This document shows, piece by piece, positions 27,657 to 36,740 of a stretch of 43,608 nucleotides of DNA (its first letter is position 1; each line of letters opens with the position of its first letter). Origin of the DNA: Gemmatimonadota bacterium (GTDB lineage: Bacteria > Gemmatimonadota > Gemmatimonadetes > Palauibacterales > Palauibacteraceae); NCBI GenBank assembly GCA_046758745.1, contig JBHIAV010000024.1, forward strand, positions 1 to 43,608, read 5' to 3'. The position numbers and the translations under genes were made by a program. The notes below the pieces were generated by a model, which was not told where the DNA came from, did no database searches, and saw only the letters and a list, made by a program, of their open reading frames with translations.

Positions 27657-30391
27657 ACCGCGCGATGGCGAAGCGGCTTCCATCATTCACGCGAGGCGTG
27701 TTGAACATCCGGATCGGTCTCCCCGTCCTCCTGGCGGCGATCCTGCTCGCCGGGACCTCCTTCTCCCCCCTCCCGGCCCAGGACGTGCAGGAGGCGCGCC
27801 GCCGCGCGGAGGAGATCCTCGGCCGTCCCCTGACGGACCAGGAGATCCTCCGACTCCTGCAACAGTCGGGTCTCACTCCCGAGGAGGTGCGGGATCGGCT
27901 TGCGCGGGAGGGGCTGCCGCGCGAGGCGGCGGACCCGTATCTCGCTGTGCTGGAAGGCCGTGCCGACCGCGTGCCGGACGGGACGGACCCGGCGGCCCTC
28001 GTCCAGGTGCTCACCGGCGTCCAGCTCACGGAGCGCCTCGGCGCGCCCGAGGCCGCCGAGATCGGGCCGCTGGCCGCTCCGGAGCGCGGGCTTCCGTTCG
28101 ACTCGGCCGCTCCGGAGCCGCCGAGTCCGCGGGGCCTGCCGGTGTTCGGACGGGACCTCTTCCGGAACGCCACCTCCGAGTTCGAGGCGCCGGCCACCGG
28201 CCCGGTGCCCCCGGACTATCGACTCGGCCCGGGGGACGAGATCGTGCTTGTGCTCACGGGCGACGTGGAGCTGGCGTACCGGCTCACCGTGTCGCGCGAG
28301 GGGTGGATCGTGATCCCCGACGTGGGCCGGGTGCCGGTGAACGGACAGACGCTGGGCGAGCTGCAGCGTGTCCTCGCCGGGCGTCTTTCCCGGGTGTATT
28401 CGGGCCTTACCGGCGACACGGAGGCCACGACCTTCCTCGACGTTTCGATCGGCAGCATCCGCACGAACCAGATTTTCGTGATCGGCGAGGTGGAGCGTCC
28501 GGCGGCGTACGAGCTGAGCAGCCTCACCAGGGCGCTGGGGGCCCTCTACTGGGCCGGCGGGCCGAGCGACATCGGCTCCTTCCGGCGCGTCGCCGTGAAC
28601 CGAGGCGGCAGGACCGTCGCCACGGTCGATCTCTACGAGTACCTGCTGTACGGGCGCACGGCGCAGAACGTTCGGCTCGAGCACGGCGATGCGGTGTTCG
28701 TGCCGGTGGCGGGGCGTCAGGTCGAGGTGGACGGCGCGGTGATGAGGCCGGGCCGCTACGAGCTGGTCGACGGAGAGGGGCTTCGCGAGCTGCTTCGCTT
28801 CGCCGGCGGGCTGCAGCCCAACGCCTATCTCGCGAGAGCCCAGATCGAGCGGGTGCTGCCGGTCGAGGAGCAGCAGCCGGGACTGCACCGCGTGCTGCTC
28901 GACGTGCCGATCGGCACCCTGGACGAGGAGGGAGGTTCGACGACCGAGCTCCGCGACGGTGATCGCGTCACCATCTTCGCCGTTCTGGAGGAGCTGCGAA
29001 ACACGGTTCGCATCAGCGGTGGCGTGTGGCGGCCCGGGGAGTACGGCGCCGAGCCGGGGCTTCGCCTCTGGGAGCTGATCGATCGGGCCGGAGGCCTCCT
29101 CCCCGACGTATTCGAGGGGCGCGCGCAGATCCAGCGGCTGGAGCCCGACTACACGCGGCGCATGATCCCGGTCAGCCTCGCCCGCGGCCCGGACGGGAGG
29201 AGGCTGGAAGATCCCGAGATCCTCCCCTTCGACCAGGTGCTCGTCTTCGCGCAGCGGAACCTCCGAGAGGAGCGCCTGGTGTCGATCGGCGGCTGGGTGC
29301 GGGAGCCGGGCGTGTATCCCTTCGCGGAGGGCATGAGCGTGCGGGATCTCATCCTGCGGGCGGGCGGCCTGCGCACCGGCGCCTACCTGGAGCAGGCGGA
29401 CGTCTCGCGCGTCGTCATCGCCCAATCGCGCCGCGACACGATCACGCAGAACTTCACGGTTTCGCTCGACAGCAGCCTCGTGTTCGACGTCTCGCGGAGC
29501 GGTGCGGCCCCGATCGACGGTTCGGGGGGTGGCTCGGCGGAGCGGACAGGGGGCGACCGGCCGGCGGCGGACTTCGTCCTCCAGAACCTGGACGCGGTGT
29601 ACGTGCGCCAGGCGCCCGGCTTCACGCCGCAGCGGAGCGTGACGGTCACCGGCCAGGTGATGTTTCCCGGCCCGTACTCCCTCCTCACCCGGACCGAGCG
29701 GCTGACGGAGCTGATCGCCCGCGCCGGCGGGCTGACCCCCGAGGCGTACGCAGAGGGTCTCCAGCTCTGGCGGTCCGAGCCGGAGGAGGCCCTCGACACC
29801 CTCACGGCGCTCCAGATCGCGGGCCGCGCGTTCGGCGACACGCTTCGCGGCGGGATGGCGTTCCCGGGGGCGGACACCTCTACCGCCGAGGGCGAGATCC
29901 CGGCGGCCGGCGAGGCGGTCGCGCAGCTACCCACGCCGAGGAGGCCGACGCGCACCCGCGTCGGAGTGGACTTCCTCCTCGCTCTTCGGGATCCCGGGAG
30001 CCCCCACAACATCCTGATCGAGCCCAACGACTCGATCTACGTCCCGAGCTTCATCCCCACGGTAGACGTGCGCGGCCAGGTCGGTGCTCCGACCAAGGTG
30101 CTGCACCGGGAGGGGGCGGGACTCGACTACTACATCAATCGAGCCGGGGGATACGCACGGGACGCCGACAAGGGACGTGTGCGCATCCAGTTCGCGAGCG
30201 GGGAGGTGGCCACGCGGGGCGGGAAGTTCCTCTTCTTCGGCGGCGGGATCCCCGACCCGGATCCGGGGAGCGTGATCTTCGTGCCTCGGAAGCCCCCGAA
30301 GGAGGGCGGGTTCACCTTCGCGCAGCTCGCGGCCCTCGTCACCTCCCTCGCTACGGCCGCGGCCACCATCGTGGTCGTATCCACTCGGTGA
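27653..30391 (+). CDS. Large polysaccharide export protein (Poly_export plus multiple SLBB domains; Wza/KpsD-like)
   Basis: Signal peptide, PDYRLGPGDEI...VSREGWIVIPDVG PES motif, repeated V.G.V..PG.Y...AGG SLBB units, C-terminal hydrophobic helix; exact start uncertain (27665 or later). Confidence 0.9.
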   Translation: MYRAMAKRLPSFTRGVLNIRIGLPVLLAAILLAGTSFSPLPAQDVQEARRRAEEILGRPLTDQEILRLLQQSGLTPEEVRDRLAREGLPREAADPYLAVLEGRADRVPDGTDPAALVQVLTGVQLTERLGAPEAAEIGPLAAPERGLPFDSAAPEPPSPRGLPVFGRDLFRNATSEFEAPATGPVPPDYRLGPGDEIVLVLTGDVELAYRLTVSREGWIVIPDVGRVPVNGQTLGELQRVLAGRLSRVYSGLTGDTEATTFLDVSIGSIRTNQIFVIGEVERPAAYELSSLTRALGALYWAGGPSDIGSFRRVAVNRGGRTVATVDLYEYLLYGRTAQNVRLEHGDAVFVPVAGRQVEVDGAVMRPGRYELVDGEGLRELLRFAGGLQPNAYLARAQIERVLPVEEQQPGLHRVLLDVPIGTLDEEGGSTTELRDGDRVTIFAVLEELRNTVRISGGVWRPGEYGAEPGLRLWELIDRAGGLLPDVFEGRAQIQRLEPDYTRRMIPVSLARGPDGRRLEDPEILPFDQVLVFAQRNLREERLVSIGGWVREPGVYPFAEGMSVRDLILRAGGLRTGAYLEQADVSRVVIAQSRRDTITQNFTVSLDSSLVFDVSRSGAAPIDGSGGGSAERTGGDRPAADFVLQNLDAVYVRQAPGFTPQRSVTVTGQVMFPGPYSLLTRTERLTELIARAGGLTPEAYAEGLQLWRSEPEEALDTLTALQIAGRAFGDTLRGGMAFPGADTSTAEGEIPAAGEAVAQLPTPRRPTRTRVGVDFLLALRDPGSPHNILIEPNDSIYVPSFIPTVDVRGQVGAPTKVLHREGAGLDYYINRAGGYARDADKGRVRIQFASGEVATRGGKFLFFGGGIPDPDPGSVIFVPRKPPKEGGFTFAQLAALVTSLATAAATIVVVSTR

Positions 30392-30488
30392 CCGGCCCCT
30401 GAATCGTCGGGGCGCGCGCCCGGCGGCCGGGACGCGCGGGGCCACGCCGGCGGCCGCGGCGCCGCTCCTGCCCGCCCGCCCGAGCTCG

Positions 30489-31520
30489 GTGGCGGTCGTG
30501 CTGCTCAGCGCCATCGGCGATGCCGTGCACGCCCTCCCCATCCTCGCCTCCCTCCGGCGCGCCTGGCCCGACTCCCGCATCACGTGGGTGATCCAGCCCG
30601 CCGCGCACGCCCTGGTACGGGGCCACCCGGACGTCACGGACTTCCTGCTCTTCGAGAGACGCCGGGGGCTTCGAGCCTTCGCGGATTTCCGGCGTCGCGT
30701 GGCGGACCTCCGCTTCGATCTGGTCGTGGATCTCCAGGTCTACTTCAAGGCCGGTCTCCTCACCTGGCTGCTCCGCGCCCCGGTGAAGCTCGGCTTCGAC
30801 CGCGCGCGGGCCCGCGACCTCAACTGGCTCTTCACCACGCACCGCATCCCGCCACACCCACCACAGCACGTGCAGGAGCAGTACTTCGAGTTCCTCGATG
30901 CGCTCGGCGTGCCGGTCGTGCGCGAGTGGAACTTCTTCTTCTCGAACGAGGAGCGCGCCGCCCGGCGAGCCTTCTTCCGGCGGCTCGACCGTCCGGCCCT
31001 CGCCGTGGTGCTCCGTACCTCGCGCGAGGAGAGGAACTGGATCCCCGAGCGCTACGCTCGGGTACTGGAGGTGGCCGAGTCCGATCTCGGGCTTCGACCC
31101 GTCCTGGTGGGAAGCGCCGCGCCGCGGGAGGTTACGGCGGCCGAAGAAGTCGTTCGGCTGACGCGCGCGCGGCCCGTGAACGCGCTGGGCAACGACCTGC
31201 GCCGCCTGGCGTGGCTCCTCGATGGGAGCGCCGTTCTCCTCAGCCCGGATACGGGGCCCCTGCACCTCGGTGTGGCGCTGGGCACCCCCACCGTCGGACT
31301 TTACGGAACCACCGACCCGAAGCGTGTGGGGCCGTACGGCCGTTTTCACGAGCTGGTCATCGATCGCTACTCTGGCCCCGGGGAGACGGCCCCCTCGTCG
31401 GCGGTTCGCCCGGGCAACATGGAGCGCATCGAAGTGAGCGAGGTCCTCGAGAAGCTGGAGCTGGCCATCCGGACGTACCGCAAGACCCATCCGGAGCCGA
31501 CCGGAGGGGTATCGCGGTGA
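30489..31520 (+). CDS. GT9 ADP-heptose:LPS heptosyltransferase, OpsX-like
   Basis: LSAIGDAVH, FDLVVDLQ, SPDTGPLHL, GLYGTT; start may lie slightly upstream. Confidence 0.9.
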   Translation: MAVVLLSAIGDAVHALPILASLRRAWPDSRITWVIQPAAHALVRGHPDVTDFLLFERRRGLRAFADFRRRVADLRFDLVVDLQVYFKAGLLTWLLRAPVKLGFDRARARDLNWLFTTHRIPPHPPQHVQEQYFEFLDALGVPVVREWNFFFSNEERAARRAFFRRLDRPALAVVLRTSREERNWIPERYARVLEVAESDLGLRPVLVGSAAPREVTAAEEVVRLTRARPVNALGNDLRRLAWLLDGSAVLLSPDTGPLHLGVALGTPTVGLYGTTDPKRVGPYGRFHELVIDRYSGPGETAPSSAVRPGNMERIEVSEVLEKLELAIRTYRKTHPEPTGGVSR

Positions 31521-33070
31521 GCGGCCGGATCCTCTGGGTGGACGACGAGGTCGATCTTCTCAAGCCGCACGTTATGCTCCTGGAGCAGGAAGGATATCGC
31601 GTCGACGCGATCATGAACGGCGACGACGCCCTCGATCTCCTCGAGCGGGAGAGCTACGACCTCGTCCTGCTCGACGAGCAAATGCCTGGTCGGTCGGGGA
31701 TCGAAGTGCTAGCCGAGCTCCGCGGGCGGGCGCTCCAGCTCCCCGTCGTCATGGTGACGAAGAGCGAGGCGGACTCCACGTTGCAGGAGGCGATCGGGCG
31801 GCGGGCGGATGACTACATCGTGAAGCCGACGAGCCCGAGACAGGTCCTCTCCGTCGTCACGCGACTCCTCGCCGGCCCGGCCCTCCGGCGCCAGCAGATC
31901 TCCCGGGAGTTCACCCGCCGCTTCGGCGAGCTGCGCGAGGAGCTGGGTCGGGCCTCCAAGTGGGAGGACTGGGCCGCACTGTACGCCGAGATGGTGGACT
32001 GGGAGCTCCGCCTCGAGGAAGCGGGAGAGGAGGGGCTGCGCGAGATCCTCGGAGCCCTCAAGGTCGATCTTCGGCGCGCGTACGGGGACCTGGTGACCGG
32101 ACGGTACGCCGAATGGGTATACGAAGGGGGCGAGCACGGACCCACCCTCTCGGTCGACGTTCTGCCGCGCTTCTTCCGGCCGCTCCTCTCTGCCGAGCGA
32201 TCCGCCCTGCTGATCGTGCTCGACTGCATGCGGCTCGACCAGTGGCGGGCTATCCGGCCGCTGCTCACCGACCTGTTCGATGTTGAAGAAGCCCTGTACG
32301 CTTCGATCCTGCCCACCGCCACGCCGTTCGCGCGCAACGCGATCTTCAGCGGCCTGTTCCCGGATGAGCTGGAGGAGAGAAGGCCGGGGTGGCTGGAGTC
32401 CGGCGAGCGTCAGGGATACAACTCCTTCGAGGATGAGCTCTTCAAGGCGCACGTGGCCGAGCTCGCCGGCCGCCCGCTTCAAACCCACTACGAGAAGGTG
32501 TTCTCCGGTCCGGAGGGAGAGGCGATGATGACGCGTCTTGCGGGCTACCTCGCCGAACCGTCCGTCATCGCCCTCGTGTTCGGCTTCGTCGATCTCCTCA
32601 CACACGGCCGGAGCGAGTCGAACCTCCTGTGGGAGGTGGCGCGCGATGAGAGGGCGCTGCGCTCCCTCACGGTGAGCTGGTTCGAGCGGTCCGCCGCCCA
32701 CCGCGCCGTCGAAGAGGCGGCCCGTCGCGGTGTTCCGGTACTGTTCACGACGGACCACGGCTCGATCCACTGCAACCGTCCCGTCACCGTCTTCGCGAAG
32801 CGTGATGCCACCGCCAACCTACGCTACAAGTTCGGGTCGGACCTGCGGGTAGAGAACCCGGCGGCCGTACTGGCCACCGCCGATGCAGGAGAGCTCCGGC
32901 TCCCCGAGAGAGGTCTGCAGACCAGATTTCTCCTGTGTCGTGAAGATTACTTCTTCGTCTATCCGACGAAGCTGCGGGAGTACCAGAGCCGATACCGAGA
33001 CAGCTTCCTACATGGGGGGGTGAGCCCGGAAGAGATGGTGCTCCCCGTCGCGTTGCTCACCCCGAGATAG
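31517..33070 (+). CDS. porX: PorX-like response regulator (receiver plus PglZ/alkaline-phosphatase domain)
   Basis: ILWVDDE, LLDEQMPG, MVTKSE, DYIVKP receiver; LDCMRLDQW, LPTATPFARNAIFSG, VDLLTH, TTDHG, HGGVSPEEM PglZ motifs; GTG 31517 overlaps the upstream stop. Confidence 0.88.
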   Translation: MSGRILWVDDEVDLLKPHVMLLEQEGYRVDAIMNGDDALDLLERESYDLVLLDEQMPGRSGIEVLAELRGRALQLPVVMVTKSEADSTLQEAIGRRADDYIVKPTSPRQVLSVVTRLLAGPALRRQQISREFTRRFGELREELGRASKWEDWAALYAEMVDWELRLEEAGEEGLREILGALKVDLRRAYGDLVTGRYAEWVYEGGEHGPTLSVDVLPRFFRPLLSAERSALLIVLDCMRLDQWRAIRPLLTDLFDVEEALYASILPTATPFARNAIFSGLFPDELEERRPGWLESGERQGYNSFEDELFKAHVAELAGRPLQTHYEKVFSGPEGEAMMTRLAGYLAEPSVIALVFGFVDLLTHGRSESNLLWEVARDERALRSLTVSWFERSAAHRAVEEAARRGVPVLFTTDHGSIHCNRPVTVFAKRDATANLRYKFGSDLRVENPAAVLATADAGELRLPERGLQTRFLLCREDYFFVYPTKLREYQSRYRDSFLHGGVSPEEMVLPVALLTPR

Positions 33071-33072
33071 CC

Positions 33073-34923
33073 GTGGCCGAAGGCGAGCCGGCGCGCCGCC
33101 GCGCCTTCCTCCGCCTCGCACGCTACCTCCGCCCGTACGCGGGGCTCTTCGGACTGAGCCTCGTCGCGATGCTCCTATCGGCGCTGCTGGACGCCTTCAG
33201 CCTCGTCCTCCTCATCCCCTTCCTCAATTCGCTCTTCGAGGCGAGCCCCCTCCCGGCCGGGCCGACGAACGCGGCCGAGCGCGTCATCGAGCTGCTGGTC
33301 GGGCAGTGGATCGGGGGGACCACGCCGCTCGCCACGCTGCGGAACATCTGCATCGTGGTCCTCGTCGCGATCTTCCTGAAGAACCTGACCCTGTACGTGG
33401 CCAGGCTGTTCGGGGTCATGGTGCAGGAGCGTGTCGAGCGGGACATGCGCGACGGCGTATACGCCCACCTTCAGGGGCTGCCCCTCACCTATTTCGGACG
33501 CGAGAAGGCGGGTCAGCTCCTCGCCAGGGTCCTCACCGACACTCGGCAGGCCAAGTGGGTGGTGAGCTATGCCCTCTCCGACGCGCTCAAGCACGTGGTC
33601 ACGGTGGCGGCGTACCTGGTGGCCCTGGTCGCCCTCTCCTGGCGGCTCACCCTCCTCGCTCTCGTCCTCGCGCCGCTCCTCGTCGGCGCTCTGCGTCCCC
33701 TGATGGGCCGGCTGCGCCGGGGCTTTCGGCGTGCCTTCGACCACCAGGGTGAGCTGCTGAGCGTGCTCCAGGAGACGGTGAGCGGGATCCGGCTCGTCAA
33801 GGCTTTCGGGGCCGAGGAATACGAGCGGCGGCGCTTCGAGGAGCGTTCCGGCCACTACCTGCGCGACCTGGTGCGCACGGAGGCGATCAAGCAGCTCGCA
33901 TCGCCGCTCTCCGAGGTCCTCTCGGCGTTCGTGGGCCTCGCCCTGATGTGGATCGGGGCGGCCCTGGTCCTCAACAGCGGTGCGATGAGCCCCGCGCAGT
34001 TCCTCGCGTTCATCACGATCGCTCTCCGTTTCATCTCGCCAGTGAAGTCACTGGCCGAGTTTCCGACGAAGGCGCAGGTCGCCCTGGCGGCCGCCGATCG
34101 CTTCTTCGAGGTGCTGGACGCGACGCCGGAGCCACTCCAGGACGGGCGTGGCCGACGGCTCGAGCGCTTCGAGGGGGAGATCCGCTTCGAGGATGTGTGG
34201 TTCGAGTACGAGCCGGGGCGGCCCGTGCTGCGGGAGCTGAACATCGCGGTGCGTCGGGGGGAGGTGGTCGCCCTGGTGGGGCCTTCGGGTGCGGGAAAGA
34301 GCACGCTGGTCGACCTCCTCCCCAGGTTCATGGAGCCGACCCGGGGACGAATCACCCTGGACGGCACGGATCTCGGGGAGTTCTCGCTCCGTTCACTCCG
34401 GGCGCACTTCGGCATCGTGAGTCAGGAGACGGTGATCTTCCACGACACAGTGCGCGCCAACATCGCGTACGGCGACCGGAGGCGGTGGAGCGATGAGGAG
34501 GTCAGGGCGGCGGCGCGCGCCGCCCACGCGGACGAGTTCGTGCGAGAGCTGCCGCTCGGCTACGACACGCCGCTCGGGGAGCGCGGGGTGCGCCTCTCCG
34601 GGGGGGAGCGCCAGCGCGTCGGGTTGGCGCGGGCCATCCTGCGGGATCCGCCGATCCTCATCCTCGACGAGGCCACCTCGGCTCTGGACAGCGGGTCGGA
34701 GCGGTTCATTCAGGAGGCGCTGGAGCGCCTGCTGCGCGGCAGAACGGTGTTCGTGATCGCCCACCGCCTCTCCACGGTGCTCGGAGCGGATCGCATCCTG
34801 GTGCTGGACGAAGGCCGCGTCGTCGACAGCGGCACGCATGCAGAGCTGCTCGCCAGGGGCGGGGTGTACCGGCGGCTGTACGAGCTCCAGTTCATGCGGG
34901 GAGCCCGCGCGCCCGCGGTGTGA
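33073..34923 (+). CDS. MsbA-like ABC transporter (TMD plus NBD)
   Basis: 6-TM domain, GPSGAGKST, VSQE, LSGGERQR, LILDEATSALD, IAHRLST; LPS gene context. Confidence 0.9.
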   Translation: MAEGEPARRRAFLRLARYLRPYAGLFGLSLVAMLLSALLDAFSLVLLIPFLNSLFEASPLPAGPTNAAERVIELLVGQWIGGTTPLATLRNICIVVLVAIFLKNLTLYVARLFGVMVQERVERDMRDGVYAHLQGLPLTYFGREKAGQLLARVLTDTRQAKWVVSYALSDALKHVVTVAAYLVALVALSWRLTLLALVLAPLLVGALRPLMGRLRRGFRRAFDHQGELLSVLQETVSGIRLVKAFGAEEYERRRFEERSGHYLRDLVRTEAIKQLASPLSEVLSAFVGLALMWIGAALVLNSGAMSPAQFLAFITIALRFISPVKSLAEFPTKAQVALAAADRFFEVLDATPEPLQDGRGRRLERFEGEIRFEDVWFEYEPGRPVLRELNIAVRRGEVVALVGPSGAGKSTLVDLLPRFMEPTRGRITLDGTDLGEFSLRSLRAHFGIVSQETVIFHDTVRANIAYGDRRRWSDEEVRAAARAAHADEFVRELPLGYDTPLGERGVRLSGGERQRVGLARAILRDPPILILDEATSALDSGSERFIQEALERLLRGRTVFVIAHRLSTVLGADRILVLDEGRVVDSGTHAELLARGGVYRRLYELQFMRGARAPAV

Positions 34924-34991
34924 GGACGGCCGGTTGTCGACAGACGTCGGTCGGGGGCTCCCTCCCAGGCGGCCGGCGCGGCGCCTCGACC

Positions 34992-35768
34992 CTAGGCGGC
35001 CGGCTCGGGTGCGCGCTCCGCCGAGTATCCCTGCTCGAAGGCGGGCCACGAGCGAAGGGCCTCGAGGAGGCGCAGCTTCTTCAGGGAGCGACGAAGCCGC
35101 CTCAGGTTCCGGCGCGCGCGTCTGTGCGAGAGTGGCGCCGCAAAGAGACGCCCGCGGTCGAAGTCGACGAGGATAGCCGGGACGCCGGCCCGTGCGGGAG
35201 CGAGGAGGATGTTGTTGGCGTTCAGGTCGGCGTGCCATCCCCCCGCCTCGTGCAGGAGACGCACGCTCTTCCCGATCTGTTCCATCCACGTCCGGCACTC
35301 GCCGGGTCTCGACTGCCGGAGCACCTGGGCGGCCGGCTCGGACCCGAGCAGTCGCCGCGTCACGAGACACGCCCGGTAGCCCGGGCGGCAGGGGGAGTGC
35401 ACGGCGGCCAGCGCTTCCGGCACCGGGACGCCGAGCAGGCGAAGTCGCTCCGTCAGGATGAGCTCGTCGAAGGCCCGCCGTCCCAGGAAGTACCGGTCCC
35501 TGGTGAGGCGCCGGGCGAGGCCGCCGCGTCGGTAGGGGCGGACCACGGCCTCTCCGAGGGCGCCGGCCGGGACGATCCCCGCGCGCGTTCGCCCGCCGAC
35601 CAGGCTGAGGCCTTCCAGGCGGTAGGCGTGCGTCCGCGCATCCGCGCACTCGATGAGACCGGCGCGGTCGAACGCGTCGGCGAAATCGGCCCGAACGATG
35701 GCGGCCGAGCGGTCGCTCCGGCGTATCACGTAGCGGCCGGCAAGGTCATCCGGGAGCTGGATCCGCAT
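34992..35768 (-). CDS. Kdo kinase-like LPS kinase (KdkA / Kdo-WaaP family)
   Basis: VVRPYRRGGL, RAFDEL, GVPVP, HADLNANNIL, LVDFDRG, NLRRLRRSLKK; ATG 35768. Confidence 0.85.
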   Translation of the reverse strand: MRIQLPDDLAGRYVIRRSDRSAAIVRADFADAFDRAGLIECADARTHAYRLEGLSLVGGRTRAGIVPAGALGEAVVRPYRRGGLARRLTRDRYFLGRRAFDELILTERLRLLGVPVPEALAAVHSPCRPGYRACLVTRRLLGSEPAAQVLRQSRPGECRTWMEQIGKSVRLLHEAGGWHADLNANNILLAPARAGVPAILVDFDRGRLFAAPLSHRRARRNLRRLRRSLKKLRLLEALRSWPAFEQGYSAERAPEPAA

Positions 35769-35857
35769 CTCAGCCAAACTGCGAAAAACCGCCGCACGGC
35801 GCGATGGCTCGACGCCCACGTTGTTCGGTGCGCACGCGCCACCTAGCTTGCCGCCCG

Positions 35858-36739
35858 ATGAGCACGCCCCTCCCACCCCTTTCCGCCTTCTCGATCGTGA
35901 AGAACGCGGAGCTGCTGGACTACCCCATACAGGCGTCGATCCGCTCCGTGCTCCCGCTGTGCGAGGAGGTCGTGGTGAACGTCGGCCGCTCCGCCGACCG
36001 TACGCTGGATGTCGTGCGCGCCATTGCGGACCGCCGGGTGCGGGTGCTGGAGCGAGAATGGCCGGAGGGATACGGTAGCTGGATGCGGGAGCTCTCGGCC
36101 GAGACCAACCGCGCCATGGATGCCTGCCGTCACGACTGGGCGGTGTACCTGCAGGCGGACGAGGTGCTCCACGAGGATGACTACCCGGCGATCCGCTCCG
36201 CCCTCGTTCGGGCGGCCGCCGACGCGCGAGCGGAGGGCCTGCTCTTCCACTACCTGCACTTCGAAGGCTCGCCGGAGTGGGTGCTCTGGGGGCGTCGCCG
36301 TTACCGCCGGGAGGTGCGGATCGTGCGGCGGAGCAGCGGGGTGAGGTCGGTGCGGGATGCGCAGGGCTTCCGTATCGGCGCGGAGGAGAGAAGGCCGCGG
36401 GTGATCCGCTCCGGAGCCCGAATCTTTCACTATGGATACCTGAAGTCCGCCGACGGCCTGCAGCGGAAGAAGCGCCTCTTCGCCCGCTCCGTCGCCGCCG
36501 AGGAAGGAGAGAACGAGCCCTTTCGGTTCCGGCGCTATTCGGGCCTGCGCCGCTTCGACGGCACGCACCCCGCCTCCGCCCGGGAGTGGCTCGCCGCTCA
36601 CGAGTGGCGCTTCGATCCTCAGACGACCCTCGGGCCGCCGCTGGATCTCAAGACCTTGAAGGTGCGGATATCCGACGCCATCGAGGCGCGGACCGGACGG
36701 CGTCTCTTCGAGCACCGGAACTATGAGATGCTCCGTTGA
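35858..36739 (+). CDS. GT2-like glycosyltransferase (LPS core-type)
   Basis: SAFSIVKNA..LDYP, VVNVGRSAD, YLQADEVLHE, YRREVRI, IFHYGY. Confidence 0.82.
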   Translation: MSTPLPPLSAFSIVKNAELLDYPIQASIRSVLPLCEEVVVNVGRSADRTLDVVRAIADRRVRVLEREWPEGYGSWMRELSAETNRAMDACRHDWAVYLQADEVLHEDDYPAIRSALVRAAADARAEGLLFHYLHFEGSPEWVLWGRRRYRREVRIVRRSSGVRSVRDAQGFRIGAEERRPRVIRSGARIFHYGYLKSADGLQRKKRLFARSVAAEEGENEPFRFRRYSGLRRFDGTHPASAREWLAAHEWRFDPQTTLGPPLDLKTLKVRISDAIEARTGRRLFEHRNYEMLR

Positions 36740-36740
36740 G

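Noticed and set aside
30584-31516. N-terminal extension of the PorX-like ORF (828 aa)
   Set aside because: Overlaps the GT9 gene in another frame; the receiver domain begins at the coupled GTG 31517
31517-33070. BREX defence system suggested by the PglZ domain
   Set aside because: PglZ is fused to a receiver domain (PorX architecture) and no brxC, pglX or brxL genes are present
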